From a virus (lineage: Duplodnaviria > Caudoviricetes), in IMG/VR virus record IMGVR_UViG_3300008114_000046, positions 6,869 through 70,868 of that record: a stretch of 64,000 nt of DNA; one strand, given 5' to 3'. This document shows, piece by piece, positions 1-10,800 of the stretch. Each line of letters starts with the position of its first letter. Position 1 is the stretch's first letter. The notes under the pieces are model-generated. The model made no database searches. It was not told where the DNA came from and saw only the letters and a list, made by a program, of their open reading frames with translations. Position numbers and translations under genes: made by a program.

Positions 1-3000
1 TATAGAAGAATTCTTCATATACCGAGCCGTCGTCGCTGCGAGCTGTACTACGCTGAGACTGAATAGCAACTTCAGTTTTCTGAGTAACTACTAGAACTTC
101 AACTGGTCCAGATGTAATCACAGCACCGTCGGTAGCATCATTTTGAGCTACGATTGTGAATTCATTATATGGAAGAGTTACAATACCAGTTGAATTGTCT
201 TCTGGTTTGAATTCAAGATTCAGTTCGGTTAACTTAGGACCAAGTTGATCTTCCTTAATTGTACCATAGTACTCAGGATTTCCAAGATCAGAATAGTTAT
301 AATCTGTAAATGGATCTACAAAGAAACCAAAGCGGAAGCGATCGTTTAGTGAGTCAAGTGACGAAGGAATATATCTTGCTTTTGCAAGAGCTTCAGCCAG
401 CGTAAATGATACGTAGTATTCAAGAGTTTTGATACGATTCTCAAGAGAAGCGATATCAGTCATCTTGTATCCCTTGACTTGGATACGTGAACGATCAGTT
501 GCACTAATAAGTTGAGTTACGGTATAGTTCTTAACTCTTCTTCCAAATGATTCGTTAGCAACTTTAGTATCAATAATCTTAGCCATGTCTGCAGATTTTG
601 ATTCTGGCAGAGAAGGATAAGGTGGAATCTTAAGAATTTGTAGTGTAATGCTGTTTTGTGGCTCTGGTGGAATTTCATCCTGTGCGCCATTCTTACCAGC
701 ACGAACAACAAAGTCTCCGTTGCTATCTACAACAACACGATCTGATCTGCCTAGACAATATACAATGTTAGCAGTTAGATCTGTATCTGGCACAGGGAAA
801 TATTTTTCACCTGCTATGAATCGATTTGAAGAACTTGGTTCAGACGGATTAATAATAGATAGAGCATTTGCTCCAGCTGGCACATTAGAAATGTCTGTAA
901 CCAGTTTAATTGTATTTGCAGAGCGTGGACGGAAGTCATACTGATCACGCAGATCATAGTACTTGCCGCTGGTTCCCAGAACTTCTGGGATTTCCATTGT
1001 GTGCACACTTTCAGAAGCAGATAGCGCTGCAAAGTCTAATGAGTCATCGACTGTATAAGAACTGATAGTTTTAACACCTGCCTCACCGCCGGTAAACACG
1101 TCATACTGTACAAGTAGAATATCATTCGATACAAGTTCAGCTGCACGAGGTTTTCTATACAGATAAGAAGTATCTAGATAGTCTTCCTTTTGATTAATAT
1201 CAATGTAGAAGTCGTTCGTAACATCAGATACACCATAGGTATTTCCAGTAAAGAATACTGGTTGGCCTGTGAGTGTGTGGTTTTCTGATGTTGTAGTTGC
1301 TCCTAGTTGGATATTTGCTCCACCACGAGCAGAAGCAAGAGCCATACCGCTGGTGTTAGCGTATACGGCATAGTATGTTCCAGCATCTGTAAGGTTGGTA
1401 ACCGTTGTTGTACTATCAGCGTAGACTACCGAATCACCATTTGCAAATGGGTTGTTGGATATCTGAATAAACGCAGTTTGAGTACCAGAGTTTATGATGC
1501 CAGTATTAGCATTGAAGTTCAGAGCTCTTGATTGGCCATTTGCTACATATACTTTTCTTAGACGGAAAGCATCAGAAACACCAAGTGCCCAAGGGCCACG
1601 AGTACCACCAGCATTATTTGAACAAACAGCACGTGTATAAATTGAGCGAGTTACGCTTTTTACTGCTGATGCAATATTATTTCTAGTTGCATTATAGACA
1701 ACCATCATGTCAGCAGATGTAGAACTTCCGGTACTCGCATTAGCAATGGTATTTGCTAGAGCAATAACCATAGTGCCTGGCGATGTAACAGTTGCTGTGC
1801 GAGTTGTTTTGCTAGTTAGCGAAATTGGAACATTGGCTGGATAGTAAAGCTTTACTGAACCGCCAGAGTATGTTTGACCAGGACCCGAAGTAAGAATCAT
1901 TGAAGACGCGCCAGTTACCTGAGCAACCTGACTAATAACTTCATTACCACCCGAGCTGTTTAAGAACTTAACAAAGTCACCGGCACTAAATACATTTAAG
2001 AAGTTAGTACCACCGGCACCAGCAACCTGAAGATTTGAAGTAGAGCTTGCGCCAATAGAAATTGTTCCTGATGCGTTTGCTTGTGCCTGATAGTTTCCTT
2101 TAGGAATAACTAGCAGTTCTTTCTTTGCTGAATCGCCAAGAACTCCAGTATACGGGAAAGTTTCACCCGACCCAAGATTTAATGTGATTTCGCCGTTTGT
2201 AAGTGCTTCTTCACTGCTATTAATAGTTCTATATGTGTATGTAATTCTTTCTGCTGTTTGCATAGCAGGAACAGAACTATATAGTAGAGAAGTACCAGCC
2301 GAATCTTCTAGAATAGCTGCACCGCTATCACTTAGTACTACGTCGGCAATACCCTTATTTGTTCCGCCATAATATATTGAGCGAACAAGACCGAAGTTTT
2401 TGCCGGCTTCCATGACAACATCGAAAAGATAGAGTCTGTATACAGCATTCGGCGATCCAACTTCACCTGTTTCAAGTGTGATAGAACGAATTCTTGCTTC
2501 TCCAAGCTTTGTTCCTGGAGCAGCAATTGCACTACCGGCTGGTACACCGGTTGTGATGTACGTAGCAGCAGATCCTTGAAGATCAACCTTGGCACCTTCA
2601 TTGAAAGAAAAGTTTCCGCCAAGTTCTTTTACACGAACATAGTTGCCGTATCCAAGACGAATTCTTGCAGCAGGATTGTTTGATGTTGCAACACCCTTAG
2701 CAATGCTTGTGCTATATTCACCTGTTTCAACTCTGAAACCATTGATATAAGCTTTACCCGGATCAACTGTCATTTTAAATACAGTTTCTGTTTCAGAGAA
2801 AGTCTTAGAATCGCTTACATTTACAATGAACTGATCTAGAACATAGTTACCAGATTCTTCATATGTTCTTTTAGCAATCTCGTTGCCAATTACATTATAT
2901 ACAGTTGTTAGGTTCTTCTTATATGGACGACCATCAGCAAACTCGATAATTGGAAGGAAGTCAGTATTTGCATCTGCAACTTCCTTATCAAGAACGCGAA

Positions 3001-4270
3001 GTTCTGGAGTTAGCTTAAGACGATCAGCACCAGGAGCTGCGTAGTTATAAGTGCCAGTAGCGTTATCAAGAAGTGATGTATCTTCATTGCTATCAATAAT
3101 ATCCTCTGCAGTATAGAATCCAACTGACTTATCAAAGTTTGTGTTGGAATACTTACTTACAACTGCTAGTTGTGGAGATACTCTTGAGAAAAATCCCTTC
3201 TGGTAAATAGTACCTTCATCAACAGTAACACCGTAACCAGTACCAATTGGAATTTGTGCTGTGTTTGCAACAGTAATTGTTGCCATGTAGTTAAGAGCTT
3301 CAACATCTAGATCACCAATTTCTGTCGCAGACAGAGCTGATGTAGATTGCTTCATTACTGTTACGTGTGGTGGTACATAATATCCTGTACCCTGACTAGT
3401 AACAGAGATCGAAGTGATTTTACGTGAAGCATCTGTTACTAGAGATCCAGCTGCGCCTGTACCAATTAGTGCTACAACGTTTGCAGTAGCAAATGGCGCA
3501 GTTGTGTTGCGAATTGTTTCACCAACACCAACACGCCACAATGTAGTATTAGCAGTACCGTCAGCAAGATTGTTTGCATACGGTCTAACTTTTAGAATAA
3601 GAGCTTCTGTATTTGTAGTAGCATCTGTTGATATAATAACAAGATTGGCTACACCGTTTTGAATTGTATGGCCTGCTGAAAATGAACCAGGTGCGAATGT
3701 TTTACCACCGGTTGAGTTCTGTACAGCGAGAGCTGAAACAACTACTACTCCATCAGTATTACTAAACAACGATGAACCGTTATTTACTCGTGCCTTAAAG
3801 ATTGGATAGAGTGGACTGTATACAGTAAGAGTTTGACCTGCAGCAAATGTAAATGTATTCGAATCTGAACCAGATGAATTGTATTTTACATAAAGAGTAT
3901 TTAGATCTGGAGAACGTGATTCGAATCCAGCAACTGTCTTCACAATATGACCAGCTACGTTTGAACTGTTACGTACAGACATGCCTTCGAAAGCAGTAAC
4001 AGAAATTGGTGTTCCATCTGCTTCTGTGTCTTTAATCTTTACATAAGGAAGAACATCGTGGCGAATAATGTTACAACCTTCAATGATTGTACCACGCTTA
4101 AAGATGTTATCGCCAAACTTCTCAACTTGGTTTTGCAGAATACTCTGGAGTTGATTCAGCTCACGTGCCTGAACAGCTACGCCTGGACGGAAAAGAACAC
4201 GATAAAAGTTCTTTGTCGGATCGTAGTCGTCGTAATATGGAAATACGTTTAGGTCTGTTTGCAGAGCCAT
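1..4270 (-). CDS. Large VrlC-like (DUF4815-type) baseplate/tail structural protein, truncated by the window edge
   Basis: Absent from the ORF track because it runs off the window. ATG at 4270 reads MALQTDLNVFPYYDDYDPTKNFYRVLFRPGVAVQARELNQLQSILQNQVEKFG, the typical N-terminus of this family. The same frame reads DRFRFGFFVDPF near position 343. It lies downstream of gp8. Confidence 0.8.
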   Translation of the reverse strand, partial: MALQTDLNVFPYYDDYDPTKNFYRVLFRPGVAVQARELNQLQSILQNQVEKFGDNIFKRGTIIEGCNIIRHDVLPYVKIKDTEADGTPISVTAFEGMSVRNSSNVAGHIVKTVAGFESRSPDLNTLYVKYNSSGSDSNTFTFAAGQTLTVYSPLYPIFKARVNNGSSLFSNTDGVVVVSALAVQNSTGGKTFAPGSFSAGHTIQNGVANLVIISTDATTNTEALILKVRPYANNLADGTANTTLWRVGVGETIRNTTAPFATANVVALIGTGAAGSLVTDASRKITSISVTSQGTGYYVPPHVTVMKQSTSALSATEIGDLDVEALNYMATITVANTAQIPIGTGYGVTVDEGTIYQKGFFSRVSPQLAVVSKYSNTNFDKSVGFYTAEDIIDSNEDTSLLDNATGTYNYAAPGADRLKLTPELRVLDKEVADANTDFLPIIEFADGRPYKKNLTTVYNVIGNEIAKRTYEESGNYVLDQFIVNVSDSKTFSETETVFKMTVDPGKAYINGFRVETGEYSTSIAKGVATSNNPAARIRLGYGNYVRVKELGGNFSFNEGAKVDLQGSAATYITTGVPAGSAIAAPGTKLGEARIRSITLETGEVGSPNAVYRLYLFDVVMEAGKNFGLVRSIYYGGTNKGIADVVLSDSGAAILEDSAGTSLLYSSVPAMQTAERITYTYRTINSSEEALTNGEITLNLGSGETFPYTGVLGDSAKKELLVIPKGNYQAQANASGTISIGASSTSNLQVAGAGGTNFLNVFSAGDFVKFLNSSGGNEVISQVAQVTGASSMILTSGPGQTYSGGSVKLYYPANVPISLTSKTTRTATVTSPGTMVIALANTIANASTGSSTSADMMVVYNATRNNIASAVKSVTRSIYTRAVCSNNAGGTRGPWALGVSDAFRLRKVYVANGQSRALNFNANTGIINSGTQTAFIQISNNPFANGDSVVYADSTTTVTNLTDAGTYYAVYANTSGMALASARGGANIQLGATTTSENHTLTGQPVFFTGNTYGVSDVTNDFYIDINQKEDYLDTSYLYRKPRAAELVSNDILLVQYDVFTGGEAGVKTISSYTVDDSLDFAALSASESVHTMEIPEVLGTSGKYYDLRDQYDFRPRSANTIKLVTDISNVPAGANALSIINPSEPSSSNRFIAGEKYFPVPDTDLTANIVYCLGRSDRVVVDSNGDFVVRAGKNGAQDEIPPEPQNSITLQILKIPPYPSLPESKSADMAKIIDTKVANESFGRRVKNYTVTQLISATDRSRIQVKGYKMTDIASLENRIKTLEYYVSFTLAEALAKARYIPSSLDSLNDRFRFGFFVDPFTDYNYSDLGNPEYYGTIKEDQLGPKLTELNLEFKPEDNSTGIVTLPYNEFTIVAQNDATDGAVITSGPVEVLVVTQKTEVAIQSQRSTARSDDGSVYEEFFY

Positions 4271-4274
4271 TTAA

Positions 4275-6680
4275 TTAAAACTCCAAGATTATCTTTATAA
4301 TTTCTGATTTGTTGCCGCTTCGAGTAATCGGATCTAGATTTTCAAGATATAGAACCTGGCCACTGCCGACAACAAAGTCTCCAGGATATTTATTAGTCAG
4401 ATTATTGAGCGAAGCAAGAGAAGTTACGCCTCTAATAGGTCTTACGCCACCTGGATCTAAATTGTAAATACCAAACTTATTACTGATGTACATATGATCG
4501 TTATCAGATCCGTCTGTAAGTTCGATATGGTGGAAAGCACCACGTGGTTTAGCATATGGTATTAAGCTAGTTTGTTCAATAACTTCATCTTCAAGGAAAC
4601 TTGTTCCACCGGTCGGGAAGGTGCCAGTTAGTCTTGTAAGTTGAACAGCAGTATTAAATCCTCCGGCCGCTTTATCATTTACTTCAATTGGAAGAGATGG
4701 AGAGGCGCCAGCAGTTGTTTGAATAACGCTAGTCGTATTAGAAGTAAGACCAATAACTCTAGAATTTTCTGTGAATACACCCGCAACATTTGAAAGAGTA
4801 ATTCTTCCAGCACTTACAGATGAAACTTTTCCAGACGCTTGAAGAACAAGTGCTGAAACTTCACAGTTATCTCCCGTGAATGTCGAATTTGTTGTTGTAG
4901 TAATTTGGTAATCCTGAGGAACACCTGCCACCTTTGAAAGAAAAAGATTGGTTCCACTTGTAACTAGAACATAATCACCAGCAACAAAGTTATCTTTAAA
5001 CGTAGGTGTCTGTGGATTGGCAAATGCTACAGCCAACTGGCCGTTAGTTCCAGAGGTAGCAGTTACTTGCAAAGTAGGCAATTCAATATAGTTATTACCT
5101 TGATTAGATACAGTAACGCCAGTAATAACATTTGATGTTAAGGTAACAGATACGGCAAGACCATCTCCACCAGAAAGAGGATTAGTTACAGTCACGGCTA
5201 CGTCTGACGAATAGCTTTCGCCGCCATTAATAATACTAACAACAGAAGAAATACGACCTTGATTTGTTTTCTTAATCGTAGTACTGCCGGATGTAACTGA
5301 AACGTTTCCATGAAGCTTAAATTGCTTAAATTGGTGAACTGTTTCACCAATGCTAAATCCAGTGCCAAGTGTATTTGCAGTTTTAAGAATAATATCTACG
5401 TTTGTATATAAAGGATTCTTAATAATACCTACTTGACGGAAATCATTCTCGACTGGAATAGTCGAACCTTCGCTATTTGTAAACTTAGTACTAATGCAAA
5501 CTCTTTTGCCACCCAGCTCGGTAGTTGGATCTGATCCATGACCATTTATAGGCGAAATAATTGGCTGCAATGTTGCCGCAGTAAAGCCAGCGCTACCTGA
5601 TACAGAAGCTGGAAGATCAATAAACACGCTATCAACTGTAACTGGAATACTGTTTGTAGTTTTTCCTGCATATGCTTCGCCATAGCGATAGCCTGCGCCA
5701 ACGGCAAGCATTTCAATTTCTACAATTGAATTAGAACTTGCGCTGTCAATAATAGCTCTACCTTCGGCAGCTGTTGTTTCACTTCCATCTCCCCATATGT
5801 AAACATACGGATAAACTTCATATTCATCGCCGGCTGCAGGAGCAGGATTAAATGGTGAATCTAGAATAAAGATTTTTTGGCCACCTTGGCCACGATAATC
5901 TACAATACGACGATATTGATTTGCAGCACCGGCTGAAGACTCAGTAATCTTAATTACACAACCTGCGTAATAATCATCTTCTGCTTCAGCAGTATCTGGT
6001 GCACCGTAGATTTCATCATTACCACCAACACTGATGTCAGTAGTTCTAAAAATGCCATTATTAATGTAGTTATCATAACCTTTGCCGCGTGTAATAATAT
6101 CAACTACTTCAATAGTGCCTGGAATGGCCGCAGCTTCTACTGTTGTATTTGCAACGACTGGAATATAGTTTGTTGTAGCAAACTTTTCATACTCTGCTTT
6201 GGTAATACTATACATGTACTTCCAAATATATTCATCACCAGTAGGATATGGTTCTAATGATTTTACAGATGGAGCGTCAGTAGAACTTACTTGTACTGTA
6301 CTATTACTAGCATTGAATAAACATTTGAAAACATTAAATTCTGTACCGGCATCTACAACCGTATAGAATTTCTTGGTATCTAAATTGCCATCAGTATGAT
6401 CGTACTTATCGTAGTAAGTACCAGAAGACCAAAGATACTTAGGAATAACATGAGCTACATCGCTAGAAGTAATCCTCTTAGCAAAGATCATATCGTTATA
6501 AACATCAATGTTTGTAGACTTGATGCTATTGTTTGGCGTGGTTAGAACAGCATCACTTCCAGGATACGGAGTATGCTTGCCGGCAAAAACAAAGTAATCA
6601 TTGTTTGCAAAAGAACTCACAAAACTTGCGGCACTTTCTACATTAAAATTTGTTGTTACAAGTTTTTGAGTAACTGACAT
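4275..6680 (-). CDS. gp8: Baseplate wedge subunit gp8-like (extended, 801 aa)
   Basis: Motifs FYTVVDAGTEFNVFKCLFN, YIWKYMYSI, NDFRQVGIIKNP and C-terminal SGQVLYLENLDPITRSGNKSEIIKIILEF; synteny gp6-gp7-gp8. Confidence 0.8.
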   Translation of the reverse strand: MSVTQKLVTTNFNVESAASFVSSFANNDYFVFAGKHTPYPGSDAVLTTPNNSIKSTNIDVYNDMIFAKRITSSDVAHVIPKYLWSSGTYYDKYDHTDGNLDTKKFYTVVDAGTEFNVFKCLFNASNSTVQVSSTDAPSVKSLEPYPTGDEYIWKYMYSITKAEYEKFATTNYIPVVANTTVEAAAIPGTIEVVDIITRGKGYDNYINNGIFRTTDISVGGNDEIYGAPDTAEAEDDYYAGCVIKITESSAGAANQYRRIVDYRGQGGQKIFILDSPFNPAPAAGDEYEVYPYVYIWGDGSETTAAEGRAIIDSASSNSIVEIEMLAVGAGYRYGEAYAGKTTNSIPVTVDSVFIDLPASVSGSAGFTAATLQPIISPINGHGSDPTTELGGKRVCISTKFTNSEGSTIPVENDFRQVGIIKNPLYTNVDIILKTANTLGTGFSIGETVHQFKQFKLHGNVSVTSGSTTIKKTNQGRISSVVSIINGGESYSSDVAVTVTNPLSGGDGLAVSVTLTSNVITGVTVSNQGNNYIELPTLQVTATSGTNGQLAVAFANPQTPTFKDNFVAGDYVLVTSGTNLFLSKVAGVPQDYQITTTTNSTFTGDNCEVSALVLQASGKVSSVSAGRITLSNVAGVFTENSRVIGLTSNTTSVIQTTAGASPSLPIEVNDKAAGGFNTAVQLTRLTGTFPTGGTSFLEDEVIEQTSLIPYAKPRGAFHHIELTDGSDNDHMYISNKFGIYNLDPGGVRPIRGVTSLASLNNLTNKYPGDFVVGSGQVLYLENLDPITRSGNKSEIIKIILEF

Positions 6681-7895
6681 TTATTCCTCGATCGTCTTTG
6701 TCAAGTAATGGCCGGATGTATCTACATCAGGTGTTGTATTAGCTATTATATTTATAGGAGTTCCACCGGCAGATGTTGCAAGTTTAACAGTAGATCCGGA
6801 TGTTTGTACAATATAATAGTTGGTATTATTGGCTAATGGCGAAACAGCAACATTTGCGGTTGCGGTTGTGTATCTTACAATATCACCATTTGCAAATGGA
6901 TTTGATGTAATGTCCGTATCGATTGTTTTATTTGCCGTGCTTACATCACCGGCTGAGTTGAACTTCACTTCTTGACCAGTTGCAATTTCAGAAAGTTCAA
7001 CTGTAATAGAATCTTCCTCGACAACCAGTGCCGAACCAAAGAACTTAGTACCAGCAGTATGCATAACCTTCTTGAACATGTCTGCATAACGATCAACAGA
7101 GATCTTCGACAGAATCTCGTACGAGTATTCTTGATAGTAGTCACCGTCATGAATGTACATGTCTTCAGATAGGAAGCCCTTTGAACTTCTATAATATCCT
7201 TCACCAATGCCGTGTCCATCAACAACAATTTTAATAGACCCTGAACGCGCGCCGTCTGCTGAAGTGTATTGTAGAACATCACTATTCGAATAACCAACAC
7301 CAGAGTCTACAACCTGTAGAGATGTAATTTGGCCATTTGCTGTAATAACGTTAGCTTCAATCTGAGCATTTAAACCAATCGGATAGATAAGGTCTAAATC
7401 TTCAGTAACTCCTGTGATTTGAGCTTCTGCACCAGAAAATTCACCGAGCAGAAGTGAAACACTTGGAGGCGAACCCGGTCTAAATGTATTTTCAAAACTA
7501 AGTCTCTTTACGCGAACTGCAGTGGTATTGGCTGACTTGACAATACCCTTTGCAGTAGATGTAATTTGATACAAGCTTGCAGTAGATACATTTGCACTAA
7601 CATACGGATTTGAATATGAAAGCAGTGTATTTGATGATGTTACATTGATTGTGGATGTATTACCAGATACACGAACATAATCGCCAGTTGTATTTGAGAA
7701 GATTGATTGTACACTGGCATTCATTACTGGAGTTGTGCTTTGATACACGCGATCACCAGGTAGGAATCCAGGAATTGTAGAGAATGTATGTGATTCCAGT
7801 GAGGCCGCAGCTGCATTAATTGCTTTTACTGTTCCACCGCGTGCATCCGACAGTTTGAATCCAATCATTTGCATACTTGACAATGTTATGTCCAT
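6681..7895 (-). CDS. gp7: C-terminal part of gp7-like baseplate wedge initiator (out of frame with the N-terminal part)
   Basis: Contains GYYRSSKGFLSEDMYIHDGDYYQEYSYEI...KKVMHTAGTKFFG, the usual C-terminal motif of long gp7-like proteins. No convincing own start. Confidence 0.7.
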   Translation of the reverse strand: MDITLSSMQMIGFKLSDARGGTVKAINAAAASLESHTFSTIPGFLPGDRVYQSTTPVMNASVQSIFSNTTGDYVRVSGNTSTINVTSSNTLLSYSNPYVSANVSTASLYQITSTAKGIVKSANTTAVRVKRLSFENTFRPGSPPSVSLLLGEFSGAEAQITGVTEDLDLIYPIGLNAQIEANVITANGQITSLQVVDSGVGYSNSDVLQYTSADGARSGSIKIVVDGHGIGEGYYRSSKGFLSEDMYIHDGDYYQEYSYEILSKISVDRYADMFKKVMHTAGTKFFGSALVVEEDSITVELSEIATGQEVKFNSAGDVSTANKTIDTDITSNPFANGDIVRYTTATANVAVSPLANNTNYYIVQTSGSTVKLATSAGGTPINIIANTTPDVDTSGHYLTKTIEE

Positions 7896-10800
7896 TTGCA
7901 GCTGGATTATAATATCTCAGGAAGTGACCGCCGCCACCTGGATCCAAAGCAGTAATATTTACGTTCGCACCGCCAGCAGTCTCAGACAGAGCAAGACCAG
8001 TTGTGTTTGCGTATCTTACATAATACAGTGCGTTGTTTGTTAGACCGGTCACAGCAGTATTGCCGGCACCGGTAATGTATCTTACCTGTTGACCATTTGC
8101 AAACAGTGTATTTGCAGTTGCAATAGTAATAAAATCATTGCTATTTTGAACGTTTGTGTTTGAGTTGAATGTCGCAACATTCGAAGCCTGAGTCAGGTTA
8201 ATATTTGCACCACCCTGACTAGTCGCTAGCGTAATGCCAGACGAGTTAGACATTGCAACATAATAGAATGCATTGTTAGCAAGAGAAGATAATGCCGTGT
8301 TTCCATTATTAGTATAATAGCGAACATATGTATTTACTGGATATATACCATTTGCATTTGTAATAGAAATAAAATCTGTATTGGAATTTACATCATCTGT
8401 TGTATTGAATGTAGAAGAATTTGAAACATACAGAATGAAATCATTTCCACTCTGGATTTCGTCGTCAACATTTACTGTTACAAGCTTTTCATCAAACGTA
8501 TCACTATAAGCACCATTATCTACTTTTAGATCGTAGTACCTTAAATCTGCAAGAGTTTGATTTACTCTTTCTCCAACTGCATATACACCAGTTGCACCGG
8601 AAATATTAATAATAAAATCTCTACGACCAAATGCTGAAATATATGGTTGATAAGCAAGAACATATGGATCGACGTTGTAACCAGCTCCAGGGTCGATGCC
8701 TGAAAGTGCTCCAATAGAACCGAGTGTGAATTTATCAAACGTTAGACATGTAAAGATCTTATTCTTAGAATCACCTTGAGGATTCTTTGGAAATCCGAAT
8801 GCAGCACCAGCAATTGGTAAAGCAGAATATACTTGATTTGCTTGATTAAGTGTAGTGTAAACTGCTACAGCATCAATAGTAGTATTTGTGGATGTTGCAC
8901 CGTACTTAATAATATTACTATTTGCAAATGTGCTTACATCTGCAGTTCCGCCAGTAACAGAAAAGTAATTGTGGTTATCTTTAGTTCTTAATACGCCTGT
9001 TGATTTTTCAAAAACAGTTCCGTGTGCTAACTTATATAAGTAATGTCCCGCTTCATCCACTTTGTTATTAGCAAATGTAGAGAAGTTTGTGGAATTAATT
9101 TGATCAAACTTACGATATGGATGAGAAAGAATTACGTCTGTTGCCGTAGTAGCTGCAACATAGTAGTAATCACCATTATATAAACCATTTAGTGCAGTAT
9201 TTCCAGCAGCAACTTGATATCGTACAATATCGCCAATGTTGAATAGTGTGCTAGCACTTGGAAGAGTAATTTTTCCAGTTGTAGCATTTACAGAACTGCT
9301 TGCATTAAAAGCAATTTTGTTTACTTCTTGATAAACACGATCACCAACAGCAAATGCAGAACTTGATCCGACTGTTAGAGTAACACGGTCGTAATCAAGT
9401 GTTCCTACACCGTTTGCCGAAATTAGATCTGTGCCAATGAAGATGTCTTCTGTATCACCAAGAGTTCCAACATTAAACTGTGCACCGGAACCAAAACTTG
9501 TTGTAAGTGGAATCGCTGTGGTATTGGTTGTTTGTGTAAAGAGTCTTGCATGCTCAGAAGCAATATAGTCACCACCGGCATTTGCTACCGTGTATGTAAC
9601 AACAGTAGCACGACCTGTGTTTGCACCAGTATAGAATGTATCAGTTTCAGTAAAGTAACCTTTGATTGGAACAAAGGTAAGATTACCAGATGAAGTACCA
9701 GCATCGTGAGAGACAGTAAGAAGAAGACCCTCAGCGATCTTCTTTCCGGCACTGTCATAGCGATAGATTCTATTGCTATGTAAAAGTTCACTATTATTCG
9801 CTGTAGAATATTTTAGTGTACTAATGAACTTTCTAATATCATATACACCAACAGTAAGACTTACTGCAGTCACATTAGCAGAGATAGAAGAATCCGTAGA
9901 TACTTCTAATCTTTCTCCAATTGGAAATGCGCCGCGTGTATTATTGATTACAACGGTATTACCAGTACCGTCTGCAGTAATACTCTGAATAGTTCCTCTG
10001 CCTACAATAGCAGAAGTATTTTTATATAGAACAGATTGATTTACAGCAAGCGTACCATTTTGATTTCTTAGAGTTAATGTGTACACTTGTGGTATACCCA
10101 TTACCTTACCACCAATTGTTCTATCTTCAACGGTGTTGGCATGGAATGAAATGACATTGCCAGGTGTAAAGTATGTTGCTGTATTTGTAAACACGCCATT
10201 GACGTGTGAAATCATGATCGTGCCATTTGAACCGGTCTGATCAATATCGACAATCTTACCAGCCCCGGACACCTGACCATTTGATGCATAACGAGATAAT
10301 GTTTGACCAATCGTTAGATTTGCAGTCGCACTCGTAAATGTGGCATTCACAATTGGTTCAACTGCCTGTTCGAACAGACGGAAGTATTGGTCGCTGTTTG
10401 TATTTGCTACAACGCTATCAAGTGTGATTACTTTTTCAGAAATAATTGATTCTGAATTGAGTGTGTATCCATATCCACCATCGATAAAGATAAAGTCTAC
10501 GATACCAGTTGCTTCACTGACAGACTCAACTCGAGCTAAACCACCGAGACCGTTTGAAGTTCCGGTGAATGTAACAATATCACCAACTCTAAAATCGCGG
10601 CTACGATCTTGTAGAATTACACGCTTAACAGAACCAATGAGCTTAGCTCTTTTTGTTCTGTCATAAACTGGATTGTTATTGACATTCAGACCAAGCAATT
10701 CACCATTGGTAAACTCGCCTTGGCGTCCAGAGATATAAAGAATATCTACGTATCCAACCGAGGTACGACGACGAATGAACTTTTCTACGAATGCTTTGGC

